Below the pieces are notes generated by a model. It was not told the DNA's origin. It was given only the letters and a program-made list of their open reading frames with translations, and made no database searches. Positions 49,727 to 61,177 of a stretch of 64,000 nucleotides of DNA are shown here, one piece after another. The DNA comes from Aulosira sp. ZfuVER01 (GTDB lineage Bacteria > Cyanobacteriota > Cyanobacteriia > Cyanobacteriales > Nostocaceae). The stretch covers positions 192,001-256,000 of the forward strand of contig JAVRCV020000052.1 in the NCBI GenBank assembly GCA_034530615.2, in the 5' to 3' direction. Position numbers and translations under genes: made by a program. Within the stretch, counting starts at the first letter, position 1; every line of letters starts with the position of its first letter.

Positions 49727-51061
49727 CTATAAATCTGTTAGCAACCTTGCTTTTCTTAACATAAATGTCAATACTGTTTCTTGTTGGGCAATAATTTCAG
49801 CCGTTACTTCCATCCCAGATTGAATAGCATAGGATTGATTGCTTTTGCTCAGATTGAGTTGATCGGGCTGGATGATTACCTCATAGTAAGGTACAGATGC
49901 GAGATTGCTATTAGTTTGAGGCGTAATTGCATCAGATGTAATACCTCTGACAGCACCATTTAGCGTACCGTAATCTGGGTAAGGATAGGCAGAAATCCGC
50001 ATAATGACTCTACCCTCTGTACATTGCTTTACTTGGATGGCTTTACATAGCCGCACTTTACTAATATCAGCAGCAACTACACGAGCTTTAACAACTAAAG
50101 GCGCTTGATTGGGGGAAATTTGCGCGATCGCATCTCCAGCGCGTACCACTTGTCCAGGATTTCGGATTTCTAGTTTCAGGATAGTACCTGTGTCTGAGGC
50201 TCGAATGATAGTTTTTTGTAGGTCTGTTGAGACTTGTTTGAATTCTGTTTGAGCAGTGTTGATTTGGTTTTGAATTTCAACGTGGCGACGGATTAGTTCT
50301 TCTTGTTCTTTCTTCAAAATCGCCAGGGTAGATTCACCCTTGGCTTTTTCTTGAGCAATTCGTTCACTTGCGATCGCTACTGTTGCATTACTAGGGTTAA
50401 GTCCAGCTTTGGCACGTTGGAGTCTAGCCAATGACGCTTTAAACGCCTGTTCTTTCTCCTTAATTTGCAGAGTGGCGATCGCTCCTGTATTCCCCAGTTG
50501 CTGATAGCGCTTCATTTCTTCCTTAGCCAATTCTAGAGCGGCTTCCGCTTCTTGCACTTGTGTCTGAGTAGCGATCTGTTGGTCTTGATAATCCCGTTGG
50601 TTGCGACTTAAGTCAGCTTCAGCAGAGGCGATCGCTCGTTGTATAGAATTAGATTCAGCAGTGATTTGAGTTTTTAAGGCCTTGATTTGGGCAACAATTT
50701 GTGCTAACTGTAAATTATTCTGGTGAATCGTGCCTAAAATTTGGCTTTTTTTGGTTTCCAGTTGAGTAGAGTCAATGTAGGCGATCGCATCCCCCTGATT
50801 GACTACCTGATTTTCTTTCACCAAAATACTTTTGACAATTCCTTCACTAGTTGATTGCACTAAGCGGACATCACCAGTCGGACGGACTGTGGCAGATGCG
50901 GTAACGGTGACATTGTACTGAGTCACCCCAGCCAAAATCAAAGCTACACCTACAGTTCCAATGAGGAATAAACCCCCTAATGTTGTCCAAAGACTAATTG
51001 GTGGCAGAAATTGGTCACTGCTGATTGGGCGAATCAAGTCGGGACTGGGGTCGCTATGCAT
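49727..51061 (-). CDS. HlyD-family membrane fusion protein (copy 2)
   Basis: Likely start MHSDPSPDL (51061), by comparison with copy 1; same TM / coiled-coil / AYPYPDYG layout. Confidence 0.93.
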   Translation of the reverse strand: MHSDPSPDLIRPISSDQFLPPISLWTTLGGLFLIGTVGVALILAGVTQYNVTVTASATVRPTGDVRLVQSTSEGIVKSILVKENQVVNQGDAIAYIDSTQLETKKSQILGTIHQNNLQLAQIVAQIKALKTQITAESNSIQRAIASAEADLSRNQRDYQDQQIATQTQVQEAEAALELAKEEMKRYQQLGNTGAIATLQIKEKEQAFKASLARLQRAKAGLNPSNATVAIASERIAQEKAKGESTLAILKKEQEELIRRHVEIQNQINTAQTEFKQVSTDLQKTIIRASDTGTILKLEIRNPGQVVRAGDAIAQISPNQAPLVVKARVVAADISKVRLCKAIQVKQCTEGRVIMRISAYPYPDYGTLNGAVRGITSDAITPQTNSNLASVPYYEVIIQPDQLNLSKSNQSYAIQSGMEVTAEIIAQQETVLTFMLRKARLLTDL

Positions 51062-51217
51062 GAGCGCGAGAATAAGTAAGCAGCATATCAATTTACACAC
51101 AATAAATCCTGTATAGTCAATGGAAATACTACGGGGTTTTTTGTGGCTGCCTTAATTTCACTCTAACCTTCAGCAGCTAGGGCTTGCTCGACTGTTAATT
51201 TTATACTTGAGGTGTTG

Positions 51218-51655
51218 TCATGTCATGAATTCATTTGGCTTCACCACTAACACTGAACAACCAGCCTCTTCTACCACTTGACTACTAACAGAACCCTGGA
51301 CAATTCGCTTCATTCCAGTTAAACCGCGACTGCCAATGACGATCAAGTCAGCTTTGTAAATATTGGCAAGGCGAATAATCTCGTCCGCTGGATCGCCAGT
51401 TACTAGTTCTAATTCACTGTTTACAGATAAACTTTCTTGGTAAGATTGCAGCTGTTTTTCAATATGGAAATAAGAAAATGTTGGTGACTCTGAATGAGGC
51501 CGATCGGCAGGTAGTTCCATCTCTGAATCAGGGGTGGGAAACACATGGCAGAGAATAACTTTGCTGTCTTGTGACAAAACAAATTCGTTTAAACTCTGAA
51601 TTACTCGTTCTGCAATTTCCGAACCGTCCAGAGCTACCAAAATAGTTTTTAGCAC
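51218..51655 (-). CDS. Universal stress protein
   Basis: GTG start MLKTILVALDGS; GDPADEI; ADLIVIGSRG...GSVSSQV. Confidence 0.92.
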   Translation of the reverse strand: MLKTILVALDGSEIAERVIQSLNEFVLSQDSKVILCHVFPTPDSEMELPADRPHSESPTFSYFHIEKQLQSYQESLSVNSELELVTGDPADEIIRLANIYKADLIVIGSRGLTGMKRIVQGSVSSQVVEEAGCSVLVVKPNEFMT

Positions 51656-51836
51656 CGCTCTCGTCTCCTCAAGAGTAGACCTCTTAAATAAATACCTGGT
51701 AAAGTTTATCGGTAAATACACCAATAATTTTCCAGATGTAAACCGAGTTTATGTAGTACTCAATTTTCCAAACTTCTAGTTTGAAGGCATTAAGTAACTT
51801 TTACCAAAAGTATAAGCAAAAATTCAGATTTCTCAA

Positions 51837-53138
51837 TCACTCCTCATGCTGAATTCGCCGTCGTACTGAATCGGCATGAGAGGGTAGACCTTCTACTGCT
51901 GCTAGTATGTCAATTGTACCAGCCACCTTTTGCAGCGCTGTTTGCGAGTATTGGATAATACTAGAGTGTTTGAGGAAAGTTTCCACACCCAATCCTGAAG
52001 CGTAACGGGCAGCCCCAGAAGTTGGCAAGGTATGATTTGGGCCTGCCAAATAGTGTCCTACCGCTTCTGGTGTTGAGTCGCCTAAGAAAATAGCTCCAGC
52101 ATGGCGAATTTTTGGCAGTAGTTCCCAAGGATCTTGAACTTCTAATTCCAAGTGTTGGGGCGCAAACTCATTCGTGAGTTCTGCTGCAGCTTCTAAAGAT
52201 TCCACAATTACGATCAAGCCATAGTGAGCGATCGCTTTTTCTGTATCTATTCTTCGGGGATGATCTACCAGTTGCCTTTCCACGGCTACTTGTACGTTTT
52301 TTGCCAAAGCCGCATCCGTAGTCAACAAAATCGCCGCCGCCATTGGATCGTGTTCCGCTGGTGCCAATAAGTCAGCCGCAACATATACGGGATTTGCGGT
52401 TTCATCAGCAATAATTAGCACCTCACTTGGCCCTGCCAAACAATCAATGCCGACGCTGCCGTAGACGAGTTTTTTTGCCAGGGTGACATAAATATTACCC
52501 GGGCCCGCAATCACGTTTACCTTCGGAATTGTTTCTGTACCATAGGCTAAAGCCGCGATCGCCTGTGCGCCGCCAACGCGATAAATTTCTTGAATTCCAG
52601 CTTCTTGGGCAGCTACCAATACAGCAGGATGAATTGCTTTTCCTACTCCTGGCGGTGTGACCATTACCACCTGAGGTACGCCAGCTACCTTGGCTGGAAT
52701 TGCATTCATTATTACCGTGCTAGGATAAACAACGCGACCACCAGGCACATATAAACCTGCACGATCCACCGGAGTGTAGCGTTTGCCCAGCACTACATTA
52801 TCATCGCCAAACTGTACCCAGCTTTTTGGTACTCGCTGACTGTGAAACGCTTCAATTTGTTGGCAAGCCCGCCGAATCGCCGCCAACAAATCTTTGGACA
52901 CTTGTTGGTAAGCTGCATCTAGTTCTGAGCCTGTAACACGCAGTTCCTCTGGCTTGAGAGTTTGGTTGTCAAATTCCGCTGTATAATGCAATACAGCTTT
53001 GTTACCTTGGCGCTTCACCGCTTGTAACACTTCTCGCACCGTTGCCTCTTTGTGAAGCACCTGTTCGTCATGGGTGCGATCGCAGATGCGTTGTAGTTCT
53101 GCTCTAACGTCTGCCTGCTGAGTAATAATTCGCAGCAT
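51837..53138 (-). CDS. hisD: Histidinol dehydrogenase homologue with substituted active-site residues
   Basis: GLYVPGG, GGAQAIAALAYGTE, GPGNIYV, AGPSEV, AGPNHTLPT; but APAEH, APQHL and GHY replace AQAEH, APEHL and GDY. Confidence 0.9.
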   Translation of the reverse strand: MLRIITQQADVRAELQRICDRTHDEQVLHKEATVREVLQAVKRQGNKAVLHYTAEFDNQTLKPEELRVTGSELDAAYQQVSKDLLAAIRRACQQIEAFHSQRVPKSWVQFGDDNVVLGKRYTPVDRAGLYVPGGRVVYPSTVIMNAIPAKVAGVPQVVMVTPPGVGKAIHPAVLVAAQEAGIQEIYRVGGAQAIAALAYGTETIPKVNVIAGPGNIYVTLAKKLVYGSVGIDCLAGPSEVLIIADETANPVYVAADLLAPAEHDPMAAAILLTTDAALAKNVQVAVERQLVDHPRRIDTEKAIAHYGLIVIVESLEAAAELTNEFAPQHLELEVQDPWELLPKIRHAGAIFLGDSTPEAVGHYLAGPNHTLPTSGAARYASGLGVETFLKHSSIIQYSQTALQKVAGTIDILAAVEGLPSHADSVRRRIQHEE

Positions 53139-53872
53139 GGAGTAAGCACAATGCCAAAATATTAGAATATTCCCGCCTGAGAATCAGTCTTGCTCTTTCC
53201 CAAAAGAGGTGCCAAGCTTACTCTAATTCTCTTCTCTAGCTTAACCTGGATTTTTTTGATACTTCCAAGGTTCTAACATCTGAGTTGCTAGAAAAGGCGA
53301 CTTAATTGCTCAGACTGACAAGCCAAGCCTTGGCTTGTAGCAGGGAGTAGGCGTGCCAATTCCCACTACCCTTTTACCCCATCCATCAATGCCCAACATC
53401 ATGGAAGCGTGTTTACACACTGACTGTCCTGAATCGACAATGAGTGAGGGTCTGAGTATAATTTTTACCTAGTTTTCCTAATTTAATAGCTAAAATTTAC
53501 AGAGACTCGATATGTCTGATTTGGTGATTTAAGCTTTGAAATTTAGCTGTTTTACAGTTTTTGCCTCCGACAATATATCCTCTGAGGAAGAAAGACTACA
53601 TTGGCAGCCTTACTACTAAATCATCTACTGGTGAGCTAGGATAATTATCATTTATGGGAGTAAATTATATTAACCCATTTCTCAAGTCAGCAGCACACCT
53701 ACTACCACTTGATTGGAACGGACTATCTTGCCATTTTCTCCTGACATTTGCTTAGATCCCTAGAAAACTGAGAAGTGATATTTTTTCGGAAATCTTAACA
53801 TTGGCAATATGGATGCTATATTAGTAAATCTAGTAGTGTGTGTACATATTAATAGTCTTTTTGGAACTGACT

Positions 53873-54169
53873 GTGGCGAATACAAAGTCTGCTCTTAAGC
53901 GCGCCGAAATCGCAGAACGCAATCGACTGCGTAATAAAGCATATAAATCAGCTGTCAAGACGCTGATGAAGAAGTACGTGAATGCAGTAGAAGTCTATGC
54001 TGCTAATCCCACTCCTGAATTAAATCAACAAGTACAGGAGCGATTAGCCGAGGCTTACAGCAAAATTGATAAAGCCGTAAAGCGAGGTGTGCTTCACCCC
54101 AACAATGGGGCTAGGAAAAAGTCAAGATTGGCTCATAAACTCAAACCACTTACACAAACAGCAAAGTAG
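53873..54169 (+). CDS. rpsT: 30S ribosomal protein S20
   Basis: GTG start [44 protein letters not shown]. Confidence 0.97.
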   Translation: MANTKSALKRAEIAERNRLRNKAYKSAVKTLMKKYVNAVEVYAANPTPELNQQVQERLAEAYSKIDKAVKRGVLHPNNGARKKSRLAHKLKPLTQTAK

Positions 54170-54238
54170 TCCAAAATCATTCAGTCATTAGTGTTGTGCT
54201 AATGACTAATGACTAACGACTAACGACTCTTAACCAAG

Positions 54239-55024
54239 ATGCAGCTAATTGACACCCACGTTCACATCAACTTTGACGTTTTCCAGCCAGATTTAGCAGC
54301 AGTGCGATCGCGATGGCAAGAAGCAGGTGTAGTGCATTTAATACATTCCTGTGTCGAACCATCAGAATTTTCCAGTATCCAAGCCATAGCGCACGAGTTT
54401 CCCGAACTCAGCTTTGCTGTTGGGTTACATCCCTTAGATGCAAAACAATGGAACGCTCAAACAGCCGATGAAATCTCAACATTGGCTAGTTCTGACGCGA
54501 AAGTAGTAGCAATGGGCGAAATGGGGCTGGATTTGCACAAAGCAAATAACTATGAGCAACAGCGCATGGTATTTGAGGCGCAACTAGCAATTGCCAGTGA
54601 ACTTAACTTACCTGTAATTATCCACTGCCGTGAGGCAGCACCCCAGGTAAGAGATGTGTTGCAAAAATGGCGAGAACAAAAAGGAGAAAGCGTTCGGGGT
54701 GTAATGCATTGTTGGGGTGGAACGCCAGAAGAAGCTCAATGGTTCATTGACTTAGGTTTTTACATTAGTTTTAGTGGGACAGTTACCTTCAAAAATGCCA
54801 AGCAGATTCAATCTACCGCTTCTATGGTGCCGAGCGATCGCTTGCTAATTGAAACAGACTGTCCTTTTCTCGCTCCCGTTCCTAAACGAGGCACAGGGAG
54901 AAATGAACCCGCCTACGTCCGTTATGTAGCAGACAGCATAGCCCAACTGCGAGGGGAAACAGTAGAGGCGATCGCCAATCAAACCACCCAAAATGCTTGT
55001 GAATTATTTGGTCTTGTACTATAG
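54239..55024 (+). CDS. tatD: TatD-family DNase
   Basis: IDTHVH, GLHP, GEMGLD, IHCR, MHCW, ETDCPFL. Confidence 0.93.
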   Translation: MQLIDTHVHINFDVFQPDLAAVRSRWQEAGVVHLIHSCVEPSEFSSIQAIAHEFPELSFAVGLHPLDAKQWNAQTADEISTLASSDAKVVAMGEMGLDLHKANNYEQQRMVFEAQLAIASELNLPVIIHCREAAPQVRDVLQKWREQKGESVRGVMHCWGGTPEEAQWFIDLGFYISFSGTVTFKNAKQIQSTASMVPSDRLLIETDCPFLAPVPKRGTGRNEPAYVRYVADSIAQLRGETVEAIANQTTQNACELFGLVL

Positions 55025-55824
55025 AGCCTATCTGTAAGTAGAATTGACCGAGTAAAAATAAATAAATACCTCAGAGGACGGAAATATGCTAAAATTATTT
55101 CCTCCAAAACATTTTGCTTGCGCCATAATGATAAAGGAAGGAAATTAAAACTCCTAAAATTGATTTTGCACTGTTATCAACTTGACCATCAGTACCCTGA
55201 AACAGCCATCCTGCGGTTATCTAGGCTCCTTCTGTGCAAGGGTTGACCATCCTCCGATCTCTACAAGCGGATGCAATCAGGCGATCGCTAAGCCTGACAA
55301 TCGTAGGTTGAGCTAAACATTTTCAGAAAATTACCTTTTCCGTATTTAACCTATAGAAAACTGTTAAATGTAATTGCCTTGTGAGTATAACCCAGCAAGA
55401 TAAAGCCATACGAATTCAGAGTTGGTTACAAGCCACTCATTTCCTTAGTTTTAGGATATCACCGTGAGTCTAAATATAGAGGGGTATTAAAGACACAACA
55501 GTAGAAAGCTGCGGAGGCTAATTAACGCGCTTGTGGGAGGGGAAGTGACAAAAGCCAATTTAATTCCAGACTATCTCAACCATCTGCTTTTGAGCAATCA
55601 ACTTAGTAGCTGGTTATTAGTTATAATTGTCACTCCATGAGGGGTGCTTTCCCCCTTGTCAGGATAGCGCTTTCCAGCTTTAATTTCTGCGTTTGCCCAC
55701 ACCTGTAAATCGCAGGTGGTGTTAAGGAGAAGTTCCCCAACAGCTACGGACACTGGCTAGCGGTGGGAACCGTGAAAAAGCAGTGTCCAATGGTAAGTTT
55801 AACCAGGTTGACAAAGGTAGAGGC

Positions 55825-58800
55825 ATGACAAACGAAACATATATGGAACCCGCCTTTCTATTGCCCGACTTGATTGAAATCCAGCGTTCAAGCTTCCGTT
55901 GGTTTTTAGAAGAAGGGCTAATAGAAGAACTTAACTCCTTTAGTCCAATTACAGACTACACTGGCAAACTAGAGCTGCACTTTTTAGGTCAAAACTACAA
56001 ACTCAAAGAACCAAAGTACAGTGTCGAAGAAGCCAAACGGCGGGATAGTACTTACGCCGTACAAATGTATGTCCCCACCCGACTACTCAACAAAGAAACT
56101 GGGGATATTAAAGAACAAGAAGTTTTTATTGGCGATTTGCCCTTAATGACCGATCGCGGCACCTTTATTATTAACGGAGCCGAGCGGGTAATCGTCAACC
56201 AAATCGTGCGATCCCCTGGAGTATATTACAAATCTGAAATTGACAAAAACGGTCGACGCACCTACTCAGCTAGCTTAATTCCCAACCGGGGGGCATGGCT
56301 GAAATTTGAAACAGACCGTAATGATTTGGTGTGGGTACGCATTGATAAAACCCGCAAACTCTCAGCTCAGGTACTACTAAAAGCTCTGGGTTTATCAGAT
56401 AACGAAATATTTGATGCTTTACGCCACCCTGAGTACTTCCAAAAAACCATCGAAAAAGAAGGGCAATTTTCCGAAGAAGAAGCCCTGATGGAGTTATATC
56501 GCAAACTGCGTCCAGGTGAACCACCAACAGTATTAGGTGGACAACAGCTATTAGACTCCCGATTCTTCGATCCCAAACGTTACGATTTGGGGCGTGTGGG
56601 ACGGTACAAGCTCAACAAAAAACTACGGCTGTCTGTACCCGACACCATGCGCGTCTTGACTCCCGGCGATATCTTGGCAGCAGTAGACTACCTGATTAAC
56701 CTGGAATATGACATCGGTAATATTGATGACATCGACCATTTAGGAAATCGCCGCGTGCGAAGTGTCGGTGAACTACTGCAAAACCAAGTGCGGGTAGGCT
56801 TAAACCGCTTAGAAAGAATCATTCGGGAACGGATGACCGTATCCGACGCGGAAGTTCTGACCCCAGCTTCCCTAGTCAACCCCAAACCGCTAGTAGCTGC
56901 AATTAAAGAATTCTTTGGCTCCAGCCAATTAAGTCAGTTCATGGATCAAACCAATCCTCTAGCAGAACTGACCCACAAACGCCGCCTCTCTGCCCTTGGC
57001 CCTGGTGGTTTAACTAGAGAACGGGCTGGCTTTGCTGTTCGGGATATTCACCCCAGTCACTACGGACGGATTTGCCCCATTGAAACCCCAGAAGGCCCCA
57101 ACGCTGGTTTGATTGGCTCCTTAGCAACTCATGCGCGGGTAAACCAATACGGCTTTTTAGAAACACCATTCAGACCAGTGGAAAACGCCAAGGTGAGGTT
57201 TGATCTGCCGCCAGTGTACATGACCGCTGATGAAGAAGACGATTTGCGAGTCGCTCCTGGGGATATACCCGTTGATGAAAATGGACTGATCATTGGACCT
57301 CAAGTACCAGTACGCTATCGCCAGGAATTCTCCACCACCACCCCAGAGCAAGTGGACTACGTAGCTGTATCTCCCGTACAGATTGTATCGGTAGCTACGA
57401 GTATGATTCCCTTCCTGGAGCATGACGACGCTAACCGGGCACTGATGGGTTCAAACATGCAACGACAAGCAGTACCCCTGCTCAAACCTGAGCGTCCCTT
57501 AGTGGGAACTGGCTTAGAAGCCCAAGGTGCAAGAGACTCCGGGATGGTAATCGTATCCCGCACCGATGGCGATGTAGTTTATGTTGATGCCACAGAAATC
57601 CGTGTAAGAGTCAAGAATTCAAATTCAGAAATTAAGTACACTCTTTCCAAATACCAGCGTTCCAACCAAGACACCTGCCTCAACCAAAAACCCTTGGTGC
57701 GTATAGGTGAGCGTGTTGTTGCTGGTCAGGTATTAGCTGATGGCTCCTCCACAGAAGGTGGAGAATTAGCCCTTGGCCAAAATATCGTCGTCGCGTATAT
57801 GCCTTGGGAAGGCTACAACTACGAAGATGCAATTTTGATTTCCGAAAGATTAGTACAGGATGATGTCTACACCTCAATTCACATTGAAAAATATGAAATT
57901 GAGGCCAGACAAACAAAACTCGGACCAGAAGAAATTACGCGAGAAATACCCAACGTTGGGGAAGATGCTCTGCGTCAGCTAGATGAACAAGGAATCATTC
58001 GTATTGGGGCATGGGTAGAAGCCGGAGATATATTGGTTGGAAAAGTGACACCCAAAGGTGAATCTGACCAACCCCCAGAAGAAAAACTGCTGCGGGCGAT
58101 TTTCGGTGAAAAAGCGCGGGATGTGCGTGATAACTCCCTGCGAGTTCCTAACGGTGAAAAAGGTCGTGTCGTAGACGTGCGTCTATTTACCCGCGAACAA
58201 GGGGATGAACTGCCACCAGGAGCCAACATGGTAGTCCGGGTATATGTTGCCCAGAAACGGAAAATCCAAGTTGGCGACAAAATGGCAGGACGACATGGCA
58301 ACAAGGGAATTATTTCCCGCATCTTGCCCTTGGAAGATATGCCTTACTTGCCAGATGGTTCCCCAGTAGATATCGTCCTTAACCCCTTGGGTGTACCCAG
58401 CCGGATGAATGTCGGACAAGTATTTGAATGTCTGTTGGGATGGGCTGGTCAAAACTTGGGTGTGCGATTCAAGATTACTCCCTTTGACGAAATGTACGGG
58501 GAAGAGTCATCCCGCCGGATTGTGCATGGCAAATTGCAAGAAGCACGGGATGAAACCGGCAGAAATTGGGTATACAACCCCGATAACCCTGGCAAAATCA
58601 TGGTGTTTGATGGTCGAACAGGCGAACCCTTTGACCGACCTATCACTGTGGGCGTAGCTTATATGCTGAAGCTGGTGCATTTGGTGGATGATAAAATCCA
58701 CGCCCGGTCTACAGGCCCCTACTCCCTCGTTACCCAGCAACCCTTGGGTGGTAAAGCTCAACAAGGTGGTCAGCGCTTCGGAGAAATGGAAGTGTGGGCA

Positions 58801-59124
58801 TTGGAAGCCTTTGGTGCAGCCTATACCTTGCAGGAATTGCTGACAGTTAAATCTGACGATATGCAGGGACGAAATGAAGCCCTCAACGCGATTGTGAAAG
58901 GTAAGGCCATCCCCAGACCGGGAACACCAGAGTCCTTTAAGGTGTTGATGCGAGAACTGCAATCCCTAGGTTTAGATATTGCTGTCCACAAAGTAGAAAC
59001 CCAAGCAGACGGCAGTTCCTTAGATGTGGAAGTCGATTTGATGGCAGATCAATCAGCCCGTCGCACACCACCTCGACCAACTTATGAATCTCTTTCCCGT
59101 GAATCGCTGGAAGACGACGAGTAA
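55825..59124 (+). CDS. rpoB: RNA polymerase beta subunit
   Basis: [52 protein letters not shown] at 55825. Confidence 0.99.
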   Translation: MTNETYMEPAFLLPDLIEIQRSSFRWFLEEGLIEELNSFSPITDYTGKLELHFLGQNYKLKEPKYSVEEAKRRDSTYAVQMYVPTRLLNKETGDIKEQEVFIGDLPLMTDRGTFIINGAERVIVNQIVRSPGVYYKSEIDKNGRRTYSASLIPNRGAWLKFETDRNDLVWVRIDKTRKLSAQVLLKALGLSDNEIFDALRHPEYFQKTIEKEGQFSEEEALMELYRKLRPGEPPTVLGGQQLLDSRFFDPKRYDLGRVGRYKLNKKLRLSVPDTMRVLTPGDILAAVDYLINLEYDIGNIDDIDHLGNRRVRSVGELLQNQVRVGLNRLERIIRERMTVSDAEVLTPASLVNPKPLVAAIKEFFGSSQLSQFMDQTNPLAELTHKRRLSALGPGGLTRERAGFAVRDIHPSHYGRICPIETPEGPNAGLIGSLATHARVNQYGFLETPFRPVENAKVRFDLPPVYMTADEEDDLRVAPGDIPVDENGLIIGPQVPVRYRQEFSTTTPEQVDYVAVSPVQIVSVATSMIPFLEHDDANRALMGSNMQRQAVPLLKPERPLVGTGLEAQGARDSGMVIVSRTDGDVVYVDATEIRVRVKNSNSEIKYTLSKYQRSNQDTCLNQKPLVRIGERVVAGQVLADGSSTEGGELALGQNIVVAYMPWEGYNYEDAILISERLVQDDVYTSIHIEKYEIEARQTKLGPEEITREIPNVGEDALRQLDEQGIIRIGAWVEAGDILVGKVTPKGESDQPPEEKLLRAIFGEKARDVRDNSLRVPNGEKGRVVDVRLFTREQGDELPPGANMVVRVYVAQKRKIQVGDKMAGRHGNKGIISRILPLEDMPYLPDGSPVDIVLNPLGVPSRMNVGQVFECLLGWAGQNLGVRFKITPFDEMYGEESSRRIVHGKLQEARDETGRNWVYNPDNPGKIMVFDGRTGEPFDRPITVGVAYMLKLVHLVDDKIHARSTGPYSLVTQQPLGGKAQQGGQRFGEMEVWALEAFGAAYTLQELLTVKSDDMQGRNEALNAIVKGKAIPRPGTPESFKVLMRELQSLGLDIAVHKVETQADGSSLDVEVDLMADQSARRTPPRPTYESLSRESLEDDE

Positions 59125-59135
59125 GGAGTGATGAT

Positions 59136-59171
59136 TGCTGAGTACTGAGTGTTGTTACTCAGTACTCAGCA
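59136..59171. repeat. STRR-derived perfect 15-bp hairpin between rpoB and rpoC1
   Basis: TGCTGAGTACTGAGT-gttgtt-ACTCAGTACTCAGCA. Confidence 0.8.
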
Positions 59172-59238
59172 CTTATAACTCTCTCAATTTCAACCTAAAA
59201 ACTAAATATACTCATAACTCAGAACTCAGCACTTAAGT

Positions 59239-61116
59239 ATGAGAAACGCCCAAACTAATCAGTTTGACTACGTAAAAATCGGCTTGGCATCACCAGAACG
59301 CATTCGGCAATGGGGCGAACGCACTTTGCCTAACGGTCAGGTTGTCGGTGAAGTCACCAAACCAGAGACAATCAATTACCGTACTCTCAAGCCGGAGATG
59401 GACGGCTTATTCTGCGAACGCATTTTTGGCCCAGCGAAAGATTGGGAATGCCATTGCGGTAAATATAAAAGAGTACGTCACAGAGGCATCGTCTGCGAAC
59501 GCTGTGGTGTAGAAGTCACTGAGTCCCGAGTGCGGCGGCACCGTATGGGCTATATTAAACTCGCCGCCCCAGTAGCCCACGTCTGGTATCTCAAAGGAAT
59601 TCCTAGCTATATTTCCATTCTGCTGGATATGCCTTTGCGGGATGTAGAACAAATTGTCTATTTCAACTCTTATGTTGTTCTTAGCCCTGGTAATGCCGAA
59701 ACCTTAACCTACAAACAGCTACTCAGTGAAGATCAGTGGCTGGAAATTGAAGACCAAATTTATAGTGAAGATTCTCAGCTACAGGGTGTAGAAGTAGGTA
59801 TTGGTGCTGAAGCCCTGTTGCACTTGCTCGCTGATATTAATCTAGAGCAAGAAGCCGAAAGCCTGCGAGAAGAAATTGGCAATGCTAAAGGACAAAAGCG
59901 GGCAAAGTTAATCAAACGCCTGCGGGTAATTGACAACTTCATCGCTACTGGTTCTAAACCAGAGTGGATGGTGATGGCTGTCATCCCAGTAATTCCCCCA
60001 GACTTACGCCCAATGGTGCAGCTGGATGGCGGCCGTTTTGCTACCAGCGATTTGAATGATTTATATCGGCGGGTAATTAACCGTAATAACCGTCTGGCAC
60101 GCCTACAAGAAATTTTGGCACCAGAAATTATTGTGCGGAACGAAAAGCGGATGTTGCAAGAAGCAGTAGACGCTTTGATTGACAACGGTCGACGAGGACG
60201 CACCGTAGTTGGGGCAAATAACCGTCCGTTGAAGTCTTTATCCGACATTATTGAAGGTAAGCAAGGACGCTTCCGACAAAACTTGTTGGGTAAACGAGTT
60301 GACTACTCCGGTCGTTCTGTAATTGTGGTGGGACCAAAATTAAATATCCACCAGTGCGGTTTGCCTAGGGAAATGGCAATTGAGTTATTCCAACCCTTTG
60401 TGATCAATCGCTTGATTCGCAGCGGTATGGTCAACAACATCAAAGCCGCGAAAAAACTCATATCTCGCAACGATCCTAGTGTGTGGGATGTACTGGAAGA
60501 AGTGATTGAAGGACACCCAGTACTGCTAAACCGGGCACCAACACTGCACCGCTTAGGGATTCAGGCATTTGAGCCAATTTTAGTTGAAGGTAGAGCCATT
60601 CAACTCCATCCATTAGTCTGTCCGGCATTTAACGCTGACTTTGACGGTGACCAAATGGCGGTACACGTCCCCCTGTCCTTAGAGAGTCAGGCAGAAGCGC
60701 GATTATTGATGCTAGCTTCTAACAATATATTGTCGCCGGCTACCGGCAAACCAATTATCACACCTAGCCAAGACATGGTGTTGGGAGCATATTACTTAAC
60801 CGCAGAAAATCCCGATGCTACCAAAGGGGCAGGACGGTATTTTGCTTCTCTTGACGATGTGATTATGGCTTTCCAGCAAGAGCAAATTGACTTGCACGCC
60901 TATATCTACGTGCGGTTTGACGGCGAAGTAGAATCAGACGGGCCAGATACAGAACCGCTGGAAGTTACCGAAAACAGCGATGGTAGCCGGACTCTACTCT
61001 ATAAGTATCGTCGAGTCAGAGAAGACTCGAAAGGGAATTTGCTGTCTCAGTATGTCCGCACGACCCCAGGCCGCGTTATTTACAACAAGGCAATTCAAGA
61101 AGCACTGGCAAGTTAG
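59239..61116 (+). CDS. rpoC1: RNA polymerase gamma subunit
   Basis: Zn finger CHCGK...CERC; NADFDGD active-site motif. Confidence 0.99.
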   Translation: MRNAQTNQFDYVKIGLASPERIRQWGERTLPNGQVVGEVTKPETINYRTLKPEMDGLFCERIFGPAKDWECHCGKYKRVRHRGIVCERCGVEVTESRVRRHRMGYIKLAAPVAHVWYLKGIPSYISILLDMPLRDVEQIVYFNSYVVLSPGNAETLTYKQLLSEDQWLEIEDQIYSEDSQLQGVEVGIGAEALLHLLADINLEQEAESLREEIGNAKGQKRAKLIKRLRVIDNFIATGSKPEWMVMAVIPVIPPDLRPMVQLDGGRFATSDLNDLYRRVINRNNRLARLQEILAPEIIVRNEKRMLQEAVDALIDNGRRGRTVVGANNRPLKSLSDIIEGKQGRFRQNLLGKRVDYSGRSVIVVGPKLNIHQCGLPREMAIELFQPFVINRLIRSGMVNNIKAAKKLISRNDPSVWDVLEEVIEGHPVLLNRAPTLHRLGIQAFEPILVEGRAIQLHPLVCPAFNADFDGDQMAVHVPLSLESQAEARLLMLASNNILSPATGKPIITPSQDMVLGAYYLTAENPDATKGAGRYFASLDDVIMAFQQEQIDLHAYIYVRFDGEVESDGPDTEPLEVTENSDGSRTLLYKYRRVREDSKGNLLSQYVRTTPGRVIYNKAIQEALAS

Positions 61117-61140
61117 AAAAGTCATTTGCCAAAAGGATTT

Positions 61141-61177
61141 GACTAAGGACTAAGGACTAAGGACTAAGGACTAATGA
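61141..61177. repeat. STRR heptamer array (GACTAAG)x5 running into the rpoC2 start codon
   Basis: GACTAAGGACTAAGGACTAAGGACTAAGGACTAATGA. Confidence 0.85.

Noticed and set aside
53139..53872. ncRNA or small ORF in the hisD-rpsT intergenic region
   Set aside because: Only a short hairpin (CAAGCCAAGCCTTGGCTTG) and a ~25-codon ORF without RBS; no recognisable RNA family.
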